A stretch of 64,000 bases of DNA from a virus (IMGVR_UViG_2903352716_000007:1-64000); one strand, 5' to 3'. Counted from the first letter of the stretch, positions 18,968 through 27,155 are shown. A program made the numbers and translations. Notes: a model not told the origin generated them from the sequence alone.

Positions 18968-18983
18968 CAGTGTGACTGTATGA
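18955..18983. repeat. short cluster of par-type boxes
   Basis: TATGA 18955, TATGA 18963, TGTGA 18971, TATGA 18979. Confidence 0.5.
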
Positions 18984-18994
18984 CAATGAGTGAC

Positions 18995-19020
18995 AAAGGC
19001 TGCGAATGCGGCCTTTTTTT
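18995..19020 (+). terminator. Rho-independent terminator
   Basis: AAAGGCTGC-GAAT-GCGGCCTTTTTTT. Confidence 0.75.
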
Positions 19021-19036
19021 CTATCTGCTATTCAAA

Positions 19037-19220
19037 TACGGTTACTTTCATAACGGAGGGAATAAATACGGTTAGTTTCATAAAATACGGGGCATAACGG
19101 CCCGTCATCCTGCCTTACAACCACCAGCATCCGGCTAAAACATGCAACTAACCGTACCAGTAAACTAACCGTATTCGCAGGAGCCAACATGCAACTAACC
19201 GTATTATGAAACTAACCGTA
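19037..19220. repeat. incA-like copy-control iterons downstream of repA
   Basis: Six copies of a (TTATG)AAACTAACCGTA-type motif in both orientations: 19037, 19067, 19141, 19158, 19188, 19204. Confidence 0.8.
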
Positions 19221-19226
19221 ATTGAC

Positions 19227-20099
19227 TCAGCCCGTAGCCGTCAGCTTTGGTGAACGGGAGTGAATAATAAACTGCACTTCCCTTCCCTTCTTGACCTCGG
19301 AGAAATCCAAATAGCCTATCGACACCAGGTCAGCCATAGCGCGCCTTACGACAACGTTCTGGTCACACACGCGGGATTGCATCGCCAGGCGCTCGCGTAA
19401 GCGCTTCAGCGACACAAACAACGTGCCAGAAGGCATTGACTCAAAATAGATATACAGCGACTGAGCGGCCTCCTTACGAGACAATTCACTCAACGCCTTC
19501 AAGCCCAGCAACACCTTATGGTCGTAGCGGTACAATTCCCACAGGTTAGGATCGCCAACAATCTCTACCAGGTCAGTTTCTGTATCGAGCTTGGCCTTTT
19601 GCACAAGGTGCGTAACCATTGCCTTCTTACCGTCTTTAGACCGGAAGGACAGCGTGACGCTGGACAGGTTAAACATGGAGTCAAACAAGCGCTTACGTGC
19701 TCGCTGATTAATATCCGTTGGACGCAATCCGCACATCCGCGCAAACTCGGTAAACGGTAGAGTTATCTTCTCAGACGTGAAGCCATAAACGGAGAACGCG
19801 CTGATGATCCCAACCCACGTTTTAAAATCCGTGGACATGTTGAGTTTAGCGCCCTGAATTTTAATGTCCGTATAGCCTTCTCTACGGGCCACCTCAAGGC
19901 TGGAAAGTTCTTCTGAGGCATCTATGAGAAAATCACGCTTGCCGCGCTCACGTGGCGATACAGGCGTGAATACGCTAAGACGCAGCAAAGCGACCGGCTG
20001 AACCGTCTTATTGCTGTTAGGTGTCAGTTCATAAACTGTGTCTGAATCTTTTTTAGTGACAGCAAAAGGGCTGACGATCTCTTTGTTATTCAAAGACAT
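19227..20099 (-). CDS. repA: plasmid replication initiator RepA (P1/RepFIB family, p0111-type-like)
   Basis: NSNKTVQPVALLRLSVF, STDFKTWVGII, LWELYRYDHKVLL, IGYLDF. Confidence 0.92.
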   Translation of the reverse strand: MSLNNKEIVSPFAVTKKDSDTVYELTPNSNKTVQPVALLRLSVFTPVSPRERGKRDFLIDASEELSSLEVARREGYTDIKIQGAKLNMSTDFKTWVGIISAFSVYGFTSEKITLPFTEFARMCGLRPTDINQRARKRLFDSMFNLSSVTLSFRSKDGKKAMVTHLVQKAKLDTETDLVEIVGDPNLWELYRYDHKVLLGLKALSELSRKEAAQSLYIYFESMPSGTLFVSLKRLRERLAMQSRVCDQNVVVRRAMADLVSIGYLDFSEVKKGREVQFIIHSRSPKLTATG

Positions 20100-20105
20100 T
20101 CCTAT

Positions 20106-20366
20106 TTATCCACATAGGGCGCTTAAAAAACAAGCAAATTATGAAAGTGACCGTAATCGGATTATGAAAGTAGCCGTATTTATTATGAAAGTAAACGTAT
20201 TTATTATGATAGTGACCGTATTCATTATGAAAGTGACCGTATGATCTGCCTTTTTCGGTAGTTATATCAAATGGATACGGCATCGGTGATCTTTATTGAT
20301 CTTTTAATGATCTCTATTGGACTAAAAGAATTGATCTATCAGGTGGATAAGTGGGTAAGTGGGTAA
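20106..20366. other. plasmid origin oriR: DnaA boxes, iterons, GATC cluster
   Basis: TTATCCACA 20106; five ATTATGAAAGTGACCGTA-type iterons (20138, 20161, 20182, 20203, 20224); GATC at 20243, 20288, 20298, 20309, 20333; DnaA-like boxes 20342-20366. Confidence 0.88.
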
Positions 20367-20721
20367 GTCAGGTAACTCTGAACCAGGACATAGATAGTCC
20401 CTCAGGCTGGTGGGCATTGCAGAAAACTACGAGAAACCTTTGAGTTTTTGCAAAAATAGCGCTGCAGCATACGGCGCAATGTCTACATTCGCCAATGAAA
20501 TCATCACTCGATCAAATTTTCATTTTTTTTTGCGAATAATTGACATAGCCTCCAGGCCTTATAAGACGCGCACTTAGCGTTTCTTTCCCTTTTGCAACCT
20601 CAATTTAACCTCAAAATCAACTCTTGTACTGAAAAGAATCCTTACTAGAATATCCCCATATACAGGAAGTTATAGCAGTGGTAGGCGCAAGATATAGTGT
20701 TAAGTCCATCGAAGGGTCAGA

Positions 20722-20870
20722 AATGAAAAGGCCCAGTTGATGAGACTGGGCCTTTCAATCGGTATTAAGAGTTCGCACCTCTTTAACCGTGCCGAATGTA
20801 TCTGGCAGCTCCGTTAATCTTAACGGCATGAATGACGTCCTTCAAACTTTTTTGTTTGATAGACGGGTTC
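20722..20870 (-). ncRNA. candidate antitoxin RNA, 5' end unknown; may also encode a 24-aa peptide (20755-20829)
   Basis: Minus-strand terminator 20722-20756; contains the complement of a 21-nt stretch in the leader of the divergent small ORFs. Confidence 0.5.
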
Positions 20871-21032
20871 ACCACTGATTAAGAAGTAAATTTAGTTCCG
20901 GGTTCTTTGTGATGCTTGAACCTTGCTCAAACCAAAATTCGAGCCGAATGTATCTGGCAGCTCAGGTACGACAACTGCAAAGGAAAACCCAAGAGTGTTT
21001 GCAGCCAGGCGCGAAGAAAGTAAGGAACCAAC

Positions 21033-21119
21033 ATGCAGATGCTGCTGTTGTTTTTGAAGCTCGCGCACCCAGTGACGGTCATTGTTTTGACCTTGTTGGG
21101 ATTTTTTAAAGGCCGTTAA
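21033..21119 (+). CDS. small hydrophobic peptide A (28 aa), type I toxin-like
   Basis: MQMLLLFLKLAHPVTVIVLTLLGFFKGR; AAGGA 6 nt upstream. Confidence 0.6.
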   Translation: MQMLLLFLKLAHPVTVIVLTLLGFFKGR

Positions 21120-21143
21120 CACTGAAGCCTATGGAGGCTCAAA

Positions 21144-21221
21144 ATGGTGAATTTGTTGTTGAAGATCGTACCTTCAATAGTCGAGATTGCTATCGCGATT
21201 ATTGATTACCTAAACCAATAG
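21144..21221 (+). CDS. small amphipathic peptide B (25 aa), TisB/DinQ/ZorO-like
   Basis: MVNLLLKIVPSIVEIAIAIIDYLNQ; GGAGG 6 nt upstream; terminator 10 nt downstream. Confidence 0.65.
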   Translation: MVNLLLKIVPSIVEIAIAIIDYLNQ

Positions 21222-21230
21222 CCGTAAGAC

Positions 21231-21256
21231 AAGGCCCACGGATGTGGGCCTTTGTT
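21231..21256. terminator. bidirectional Rho-independent terminator
   Basis: AAGGCCCAC-GGAT-GTGGGCCTTTGTT. Confidence 0.75.
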
Positions 21257-21261
21257 GCCTG

Positions 21262-21540
21262 TCATACCTTTGCGGTCTTATCTTCATCAAAGAGTTGTGC
21301 TTTACATGCCGCTTTGAAGGTCAGACAAGAACGGCTGCGTAACGCTGGTGCAAATGCCTTTTCCAGTTCCTGTCTATCAAACCCATCTGCAGCAAACAAA
21401 GATATTTTCTTTTCAATACGTTCTTTGGCTTCAGATAGCTTTACATCTTTGTTATTACGTAAAAACCGTAAGATGTAGTCAGCAATAATACGAACCGGTT
21501 TAGTGACATTACGCTCAGTCTGGATGGCGGAATTACTCAT
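21262..21540 (-). CDS. hypothetical protein
   Basis: 92 aa, coupled to the upstream gene, ends at terminator. Confidence 0.7.
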   Translation of the reverse strand: MSNSAIQTERNVTKPVRIIADYILRFLRNNKDVKLSEAKERIEKKISLFAADGFDRQELEKAFAPALRSRSCLTFKAACKAQLFDEDKTAKV

Positions 21541-22424
21541 TTTTCCAGCTCCCAGCGGCGAACAATTTCGATCCAGTTAGCGCCTAACGCGAACACCATC
21601 GTTTCTGCAATAGCATTGCCAATGCTGATTATCGTGTCGCCCTCGCGCATGAATTGACGCATTTTGCTCTGTGTCTCCCTCTCGTGAGTGGGTTCACCTG
21701 AAAAACCTGGCATTACCTCCCAAAATGAAGCAGCTAAAGGGTTATATGTCACTTGCGGGGTCATGTCAGATACCCTGACAGCATATCCACCATCACGGCG
21801 CTTGATGATCAGGTGAAGCATAAAGCGCGGGACATCGACCCCAATAGAAACCAGCTCGTTTATTTCCAGCGCTTCGCTGTGAGCGGCGTTAAGTGCTGCA
21901 GTTTTCAGCAAACCATCCGGCAGGTTCTCAATAGCGCCGCCAGGTAGAGCAATACTGCGTAACCGCTCCTGATTCCCCGCTTCATTAAGCGCCATTTCTG
22001 TCTGAATGGCCTCCAAAGCTCGGTTGTAATAGTTATCAGCCTTGCGGATAGCCAGTAGTGCTGTTTCTGCGCTACAGCCAGTGGCTTCCACCAGATTCAC
22101 CACGAATTGTTTACGGTATTGCTCTGTGTTGCGAATGTGGTTTTCTACTTCACCTTTCAGGCGTTTGTAGTCGGCCTTGAACTCGTCAACTTCGCTCAGG
22201 TCGATCCACCAGCCACAACTGACGCCTTCATCATAAATTGGACAGGTGTCGTTCTCCCAACCCGCAGCCGTTAGCATGTCATCCATTGCTTCCAGAGTCG
22301 CAGCCGGTGCGTTATCAATGGTGAAGTGCTGTTTACGACCACGCAGAGCAGGGTTTGCTTCAGTGATGGCGTTGCGAGTCAGTTTCATAATGTTTTCCTG
22401 AATTTTCATCGTCGGCTGCGTCAT
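21537..22424 (-). CDS. hypothetical phage protein with acidic N-terminal domain and UBA-like helical segment
   Basis: 295 aa; VVNLVEATGCSAETALLAIRKADNYYNRALEAI resembles a UBA-like motif. Confidence 0.7.
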   Translation of the reverse strand: MTQPTMKIQENIMKLTRNAITEANPALRGRKQHFTIDNAPAATLEAMDDMLTAAGWENDTCPIYDEGVSCGWWIDLSEVDEFKADYKRLKGEVENHIRNTEQYRKQFVVNLVEATGCSAETALLAIRKADNYYNRALEAIQTEMALNEAGNQERLRSIALPGGAIENLPDGLLKTAALNAAHSEALEINELVSIGVDVPRFMLHLIIKRRDGGYAVRVSDMTPQVTYNPLAASFWEVMPGFSGEPTHERETQSKMRQFMREGDTIISIGNAIAETMVFALGANWIEIVRRWELEK

Positions 22425-22436
22425 GCTGCCGCCCTA

Positions 22437-22517
22437 ATGAGTAAATATTTACTCATTTGAAGCAGGGAGTCAATGAAAAGAGTAAATATTTACTCATGAA
22501 CATTAAGACGATATGAT
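22437..22517. promoter_or_regulatory. divergent promoter region with two perfect palindromes
   Basis: ATGAGTAAATATTTACTCAT (22437-22456), GAGTAAATATTTACTC (22480-22495); TTTACT-17-TATGAT on +. Confidence 0.75.
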
Positions 22518-22547
22518 GCCCTTACCCAAAGTAACCAGGAAGAGAGT

Positions 22548-22961
22548 ATGAAAGTGAACTACGTGAGGAAAGGCACCGGCACACGCACGACGATCGTTAT
22601 ACCCGATCATCTATGCCAGCTTTGGTTAGCCGCCACCCCTTCTGATGCGGTAAAGCGCGATACGCAGCGCATTAAAGAACGTCTGGAACAACTGGACGAA
22701 CCAGGCGAAGGCGAGCCGTTCCAGCGTATGGCAGAATCGGCGCTGGTGGCGGATATCGACGCGTACCAGACTCGGTTGCTTGCGTCCGGTGAGCACATGA
22801 AAAACCGTGTTATTGATGCCCTGCTGCCGTGGTTACAGGGTGCGGTTGAGCCGACAGCCAGCGTAGATGATGTGTTTAAGGCGATTGAGCAGTTCAAGTC
22901 CATTCCGTGGGAGATTGAGGAATCATTCGAAAGCCTGGAAAGACAGCACTATGCAAGTTGA
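22548..22961 (+). CDS. putative transcriptional regulator
   Basis: 137 aa; N-terminal RTTIVIPDHL strand-helix suggests RHH; sits at the palindromes. Confidence 0.55.
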   Translation: MKVNYVRKGTGTRTTIVIPDHLCQLWLAATPSDAVKRDTQRIKERLEQLDEPGEGEPFQRMAESALVADIDAYQTRLLASGEHMKNRVIDALLPWLQGAVEPTASVDDVFKAIEQFKSIPWEIEESFESLERQHYAS

Positions 22962-23030
22962 CCGCTATCATCAAATAACCCAGCATGCATAGGGAAGTGC
23001 TCTCAAAACCGTATCGAGTGAGTAATAAGA

Positions 23031-24104
23031 ATGACAAAGGATCAAGGAACGCCGCTGCAAGGAGAAATCCAGGCACTGATAGAAAACGGTCTCGATTTCC
23101 TCAATAAGGCGCGAAAAGAGCTGGAAGCTAAACAGTATAAACACTCAATCGTAAATTTCTGGACAGCGGTTGAGATCATGCTGAAAGTCCCATTGGTTTA
23201 CGAGCATTGGACTCTGGTCTGCAGCAAAAAAAACAAACCTAAAAAGCAGGACTATCTTGATGGCGATTTTCAGTCTGTCACTTACGATGAAACACGGGAT
23301 CTGTTTCGTGACGTGTTAGAAAAACCTATCAGTAAAGAGACACATGAGGCCTTTAATAAAGTCCGAAAACATCGGAATCGCGTCGTGCACTTTTACCATT
23401 CATCATTCTCCTCTGCAGATTTGGATACAATCTTGAAAGAACAGGCGGATGCATGGTTTGCGTTAAACCGTCTGATGCGGGACGAATGGCAAAATATATT
23501 CGGTGATAATCACAAACACATTCTCGCTTCCGGTGAGACTCGTCTTCTTCAGGGAAGCAAGTTTTACTCCACAGCACGGCTAAAACAGGTTGAACCTGAA
23601 CTGAGAAAGCGGGAAAAGGGAGGTGCTGACATTCAGTGTTGCCCTGATTGTGGACAGAATGCGGTTGTTAACGAACCTATCCACACAGGCAATCAGTCAA
23701 TGCCTGAACTTATAGTTGGTCGATGTCTCGTGTGTGAGAGCATCAACCGCCAAGTTCGTCTGCACTGCCCAAGTTGCGGAGAGATCATGTCATGTGACGA
23801 AGGTGAATTGAGTGTAGAGTGTGATTCGTGCCATGACAGATTTGAACGATACGAACTGCTCGGTGATTATTTACTTCAAAATACTGATGAGGATGAATAT
23901 TTACCGGCTGGTTGTACTAATTGTATGAGTCCTGAATCGGTGGCTAAGTTTGGTAATGGCTATCTGTGTACACGATGTCTGAACTTTTATAATCAAATGG
24001 TTATTTGTAACTTCTGTGATCATATGAGTGATGCAGTCCCGGAATTCAGCCATATCAGAGGATGTGAGTTCTGTGACGGTGACAAGCGATACCTTGATGA
24101 TTAA
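23031..24104 (+). CDS. HEPN-domain protein with eight CxxC motifs, candidate defence RNase
   Basis: AVEIMLK helix and RNRVVH (R-x4-H) motif; CPDC, CLVC, CPSC, CDSC, CTNC, CTRC, CNFC, CEFC; AT-richer than flanks. Confidence 0.75.
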   Translation: MTKDQGTPLQGEIQALIENGLDFLNKARKELEAKQYKHSIVNFWTAVEIMLKVPLVYEHWTLVCSKKNKPKKQDYLDGDFQSVTYDETRDLFRDVLEKPISKETHEAFNKVRKHRNRVVHFYHSSFSSADLDTILKEQADAWFALNRLMRDEWQNIFGDNHKHILASGETRLLQGSKFYSTARLKQVEPELRKREKGGADIQCCPDCGQNAVVNEPIHTGNQSMPELIVGRCLVCESINRQVRLHCPSCGEIMSCDEGELSVECDSCHDRFERYELLGDYLLQNTDEDEYLPAGCTNCMSPESVAKFGNGYLCTRCLNFYNQMVICNFCDHMSDAVPEFSHIRGCEFCDGDKRYLDD

Positions 24105-24121
24105 AGAGTGCTATACGGGGG

Positions 24122-24433
24122 CTACCGCCCCCTCCCCTGGCGACACTCAGGGCATCGGTTATCACAAAAGTACGGGAGGCTGTTGTCCAGCTCGTCCACC
24201 CACTGTTTATGTTCGTAGCAGTAAAAGACCTCCCAGGGCAGACCATACTCAAACATCCATTCACGCACCGGCGCGCTGATCTGAATTGGCGGGATCGTGC
24301 TCTGGTTGGTGTGGTAGCACTCTAACCGACTTTCCGCCTCTCGTAGCTGGCGCTCAAGGCTCGCTATCTGCTGGCGCATCAGTCTACGCTCTCTCAGCAT
24401 TTTGAAGTAAATGCTTTCGTCAGTTACTGCCAT
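24122..24433 (-). CDS. coiled-coil plus Cys/His-domain protein, paralog 2
   Basis: PWEVFYCYEHKQWVDE..CPECR. Confidence 0.7.
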   Translation of the reverse strand: MAVTDESIYFKMLRERRLMRQQIASLERQLREAESRLECYHTNQSTIPPIQISAPVREWMFEYGLPWEVFYCYEHKQWVDELDNSLPYFCDNRCPECRQGRGR

Positions 24434-24719
24434 CTTCCCCCCTGCACTCCGGGCAACTACTGCCATACATATCGTGTGGGAAGCTACTGCACACCTCATC
24501 CAGCCAGCGTTCGTGCTCGTAACACCAGAACACTTCCCACGGAACCCTATGCTTTTTCATCAACGCCATAAGGTTCGTTGGCATGTCGGCTGGCTGGCGT
24601 TCTTCCGGAAGTAGTTTCCCGGTTAGTTGTCGTTCCATACAGAGTAGCTGGCGCTGCAGCGCGGCAATGTCCTTTTCCAGTTGCTCGCATCTGGCCTGGA
24701 GTTCCATTTTCGTTGGCAT
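24420..24719 (-). CDS. coiled-coil plus Cys/His-domain protein, paralog 1
   Basis: PWEVFWCYEHERWLDE..CPECR. Confidence 0.7.
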   Translation of the reverse strand: MPTKMELQARCEQLEKDIAALQRQLLCMERQLTGKLLPEERQPADMPTNLMALMKKHRVPWEVFWCYEHERWLDEVCSSFPHDMYGSSCPECRGEDGSN

Positions 24720-24727
24720 TATTCATC

Positions 24728-25057
24728 CTATATGACGGGCAGCTCATCGACCGCCGCCCTCGATGCTCTGTTAATGAGGAAGGTAACGACTCCTGCGACC
24801 GTTACATCATCAAGTGCATCCCCTTCCAAAGCCTCGCCGTCGTCTGTTATCAACGCCCTCCCCATTACGCGCGCAAACTGGCTGCGACCGCAGAATGAGA
24901 TAAGTACCAAATCCTGCTGTTTTGGTTTGATTGAGTGGTTTACAACGGCGTAGCCGGTTGATGTTTGTATTGTCAAACAGTTAGCGTCAACTTGGCAGAG
25001 ATCGTTAACAGTAAGTGTATGTTCTACATAGTCATTTGCTGGTGATGGGAAGCCCAT
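24728..25057 (-). CDS. UmuD'-like protein (P1 HumD-like), no S24 catalytic serine motif
   Basis: Starts MGFPSPA, i.e. at the UmuD cleavage site; no GxSM motif; LexA box upstream. Confidence 0.75.
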   Translation of the reverse strand: MGFPSPANDYVEHTLTVNDLCQVDANCLTIQTSTGYAVVNHSIKPKQQDLVLISFCGRSQFARVMGRALITDDGEALEGDALDDVTVAGVVTFLINRASRAAVDELPVI

Positions 25058-25080
25058 ATAAATCGCCCTTCATAATAATA

Positions 25081-25096
25081 CTGTATATGTAAACAG
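25081..25096. promoter_or_regulatory. LexA (SOS) box
   Basis: TA-CTGTATATGTAAACAG-TA, matches CTGT-N8-ACAG. Confidence 0.88.
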
Positions 25097-25129
25097 TATT
25101 ATTATTCTTGGTCATGGTGTCAATCCTGG

Positions 25130-25423
25130 TTACTTGCTGTACTTCTCTTTGATGTGCGTGACTGTTCGGTCAACTATGCGGATCAGGGCTTCGGCATCGA
25201 TACCATCAACCGATTGGGCTTGGTGTTTCGCCGTCCATTCTAGCGGTTCTTTCACTATGGCCAGCATGTCCAGCGCCCGGTCTGCACTGTCCTCTACTAT
25301 CATCAATTCTGCTAATTCCAGGCGCTGTTGCTTCACCAGGTCCAGTACCTCTTGCTGGTGGCAAATTAACAGCCGGTTAAGTTGCTGCCCATGACGGGCC
25401 AGCAGTTCGCTACGTTTACTCAC
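25130..25423 (-). CDS. hypothetical protein
   Basis: GTG 25423 overlaps the upstream stop; helical. Confidence 0.6.
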   Translation of the reverse strand: MSKRSELLARHGQQLNRLLICHQQEVLDLVKQQRLELAELMIVEDSADRALDMLAIVKEPLEWTAKHQAQSVDGIDAEALIRIVDRTVTHIKEKYSK

Positions 25424-25767
25424 AGAATGATCTCCACGTATACACAGCAACAATCCCGCGCCCAATCAGCGTTGGCAGACATCTTCCATCGAGTCCATCC
25501 AGAGATAGTGGTTTCAGGCCATAGATAAACGTAACCGTCCTGATTTTGTGCCACCTGGTGAGGATGCTCGCCGTAGGCATAGTGATCAACACGACCAGCC
25601 CAGCTCGCAAAGAATGTTTCTGGCGAGAAAACCAGATCATAGAACCGGCCCAGTTCCTCAGATTTACGCGGGGGTGTTTTGAACTTCACGCCTTTCAGCA
25701 GGGTTTGCTTATACGTCACTCCATTAAGTTCTGTCACTTCCATATCCGAGCAGAAAAGAGTCACCAT
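25420..25767 (-). CDS. hypothetical protein
   Basis: ATG 25767 with GGAGG upstream. Confidence 0.6.
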   Translation of the reverse strand: MVTLFCSDMEVTELNGVTYKQTLLKGVKFKTPPRKSEELGRFYDLVFSPETFFASWAGRVDHYAYGEHPHQVAQNQDGYVYLWPETTISGWTRWKMSANADWARDCCCVYVEIIL

Positions 25768-25787
25768 CTTATTTATCCCCTCCATTT

Positions 25788-26597
25788 TTAGTCGAGTAAG
25801 TGTTTCCATGACCGGTTGTGAACTATGTTTGAAATTGATGCTACGTGAGTGTCATAAAGTTTAGATATTTCACAAATGCGATTACCTTTTTTGTAGAGCG
25901 TTCGAATCGTTATGACATCTTCACTGGTTAATTTTGCACGATAGTGTTTTTCACCTCTTGGTTTCAGAGTTAATCCTCTCTCGGCCCGTGTTGTATAAAA
26001 CAAATTTTTTGGTGATATATCATTCTTAATCAAATTTTTAAAACCGATAATTTGTCCTTCTGGATGCGGTCCGTGAAAAGCATCAGCAACAAGGTAATGA
26101 GCTAATTTTGTTTGATTCACACCAGTTTCCGAAACGATGTTTACTGTTAAATAGCCTGTCGAACCATGAGATAAAGTCAGAACGCGATGTAGCTTTCTTT
26201 TTTGTGAGATAATCAGCCCTGTATCTGTTGCTGAATAACCCGGAAAAGATGGGCATGGTCTTATATCTATCGGATCTGGAGAAGGGGTGTCTTTTGATGG
26301 GATTTCTCCTTGCCATGAGCCATCATCATTCTTTGTTAAAAAAATTCGCTGTTCCCCGCAAATATCCACAAATTTCCGAGGACATGAAAACGTCGACCTA
26401 TATCTTTTTGCTAAATTGAACTCCGTACCTTTCGGTATCAATTTAATTTTGTTATCACTAAATTTTAAGTCGACAGTCTGACCCTGTAGGTTCATTTTAC
26501 TACTTGTATAGCATTCAGCCCCTGATTTATTATAGTTGAACCTGATAAATGCTTTTAGTTTAACCTTCTGGTTTCTCTTGGTAATCCAATCTTTCAT
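25788..26597 (-). CDS. NUMOD4/HNH-like protein with degenerate active site and extra N-terminal domain
   Basis: FPGYSAT..G.I, GYLTV, HYLVADAF, NL.Y.T, RGEKHYRAKLT, SWKH; AT-rich. Confidence 0.75.
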   Translation of the reverse strand: MKDWITKRNQKVKLKAFIRFNYNKSGAECYTSSKMNLQGQTVDLKFSDNKIKLIPKGTEFNLAKRYRSTFSCPRKFVDICGEQRIFLTKNDDGSWQGEIPSKDTPSPDPIDIRPCPSFPGYSATDTGLIISQKRKLHRVLTLSHGSTGYLTVNIVSETGVNQTKLAHYLVADAFHGPHPEGQIIGFKNLIKNDISPKNLFYTTRAERGLTLKPRGEKHYRAKLTSEDVITIRTLYKKGNRICEISKLYDTHVASISNIVHNRSWKHLLD

Positions 26598-26599
26598 AC

Positions 26600-26881
26600 T
26601 CAGTTCTCAATTCGTATTTTAATAGCAAACACGTTTACCGGATCTGGTCCAAAGTGCTTGTGAGTTATTGATTGCAACTCGTAGCCACAATACGGAATGT
26701 TTATGCGCTTGCTCAGGTCATCACGCTTTGGATACCCTCTCGTGATTATCAGGCGGTCATATTCACGATTAACCAAGCGCTTTCGCCAATAGTCGCTCTG
26801 CAGCCGGTATTCGAATTCCTTCTCACCTGACTTCATCTGATCGAAGTATTCACCGTTTACAGCGATCTGCAGGTTAGCCAC
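26600..26881 (-). CDS. ASCH/PUA-like domain protein
   Basis: YFDQMKSGEKEFEYR motif. Confidence 0.8.
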   Translation of the reverse strand: MANLQIAVNGEYFDQMKSGEKEFEYRLQSDYWRKRLVNREYDRLIITRGYPKRDDLSKRINIPYCGYELQSITHKHFGPDPVNVFAIKIRIEN

Positions 26882-27155
26882 GGTTCGCCGCCGATGTAAT
26901 CGTATTTAATGGACATGCAACACCGAATGGGTGAAAACCATTACAGATAAAACAGCGGATAGAGTTGAGTGGCTTATAAGTGCTGACCACCCTCTCACGA
27001 TCTTCCAGCGCATCACGAAACTCTACGGCGACAACCTTGCCGCCGAACGCTTCCATGTGAGCGTGTACAGGAGGCTCTTTGCCATCTTCAAACTCAATGA
27101 CGAAAGTTAACTTAATGAGTTTTTTTTTAGCATCAGGCGTCATTTTTCCCACCAC
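26874..27155 (-). CDS. hypothetical protein
   Basis: Coupled ORF in the early operon; C-terminal CFICNGFH..CP. Confidence 0.6.
   Translation of the reverse strand: MVGKMTPDAKKKLIKLTFVIEFEDGKEPPVHAHMEAFGGKVVAVEFRDALEDRERVVSTYKPLNSIRCFICNGFHPFGVACPLNTITSAANRG

Noticed and set aside
20138-20241. 21-bp-period repeats as a CRISPR array
   Set aside because: Position beside repA, DnaA boxes and GATC sites identifies them as iterons; spacers only 3-5 bp
20489-20535. TCGCCA followed by ATGAAAT, resembling P1 parS B and A boxes
   Set aside because: Only one arm, no second arm or clear IHF spacer, and no ParB in the window; may be chance or vestigial
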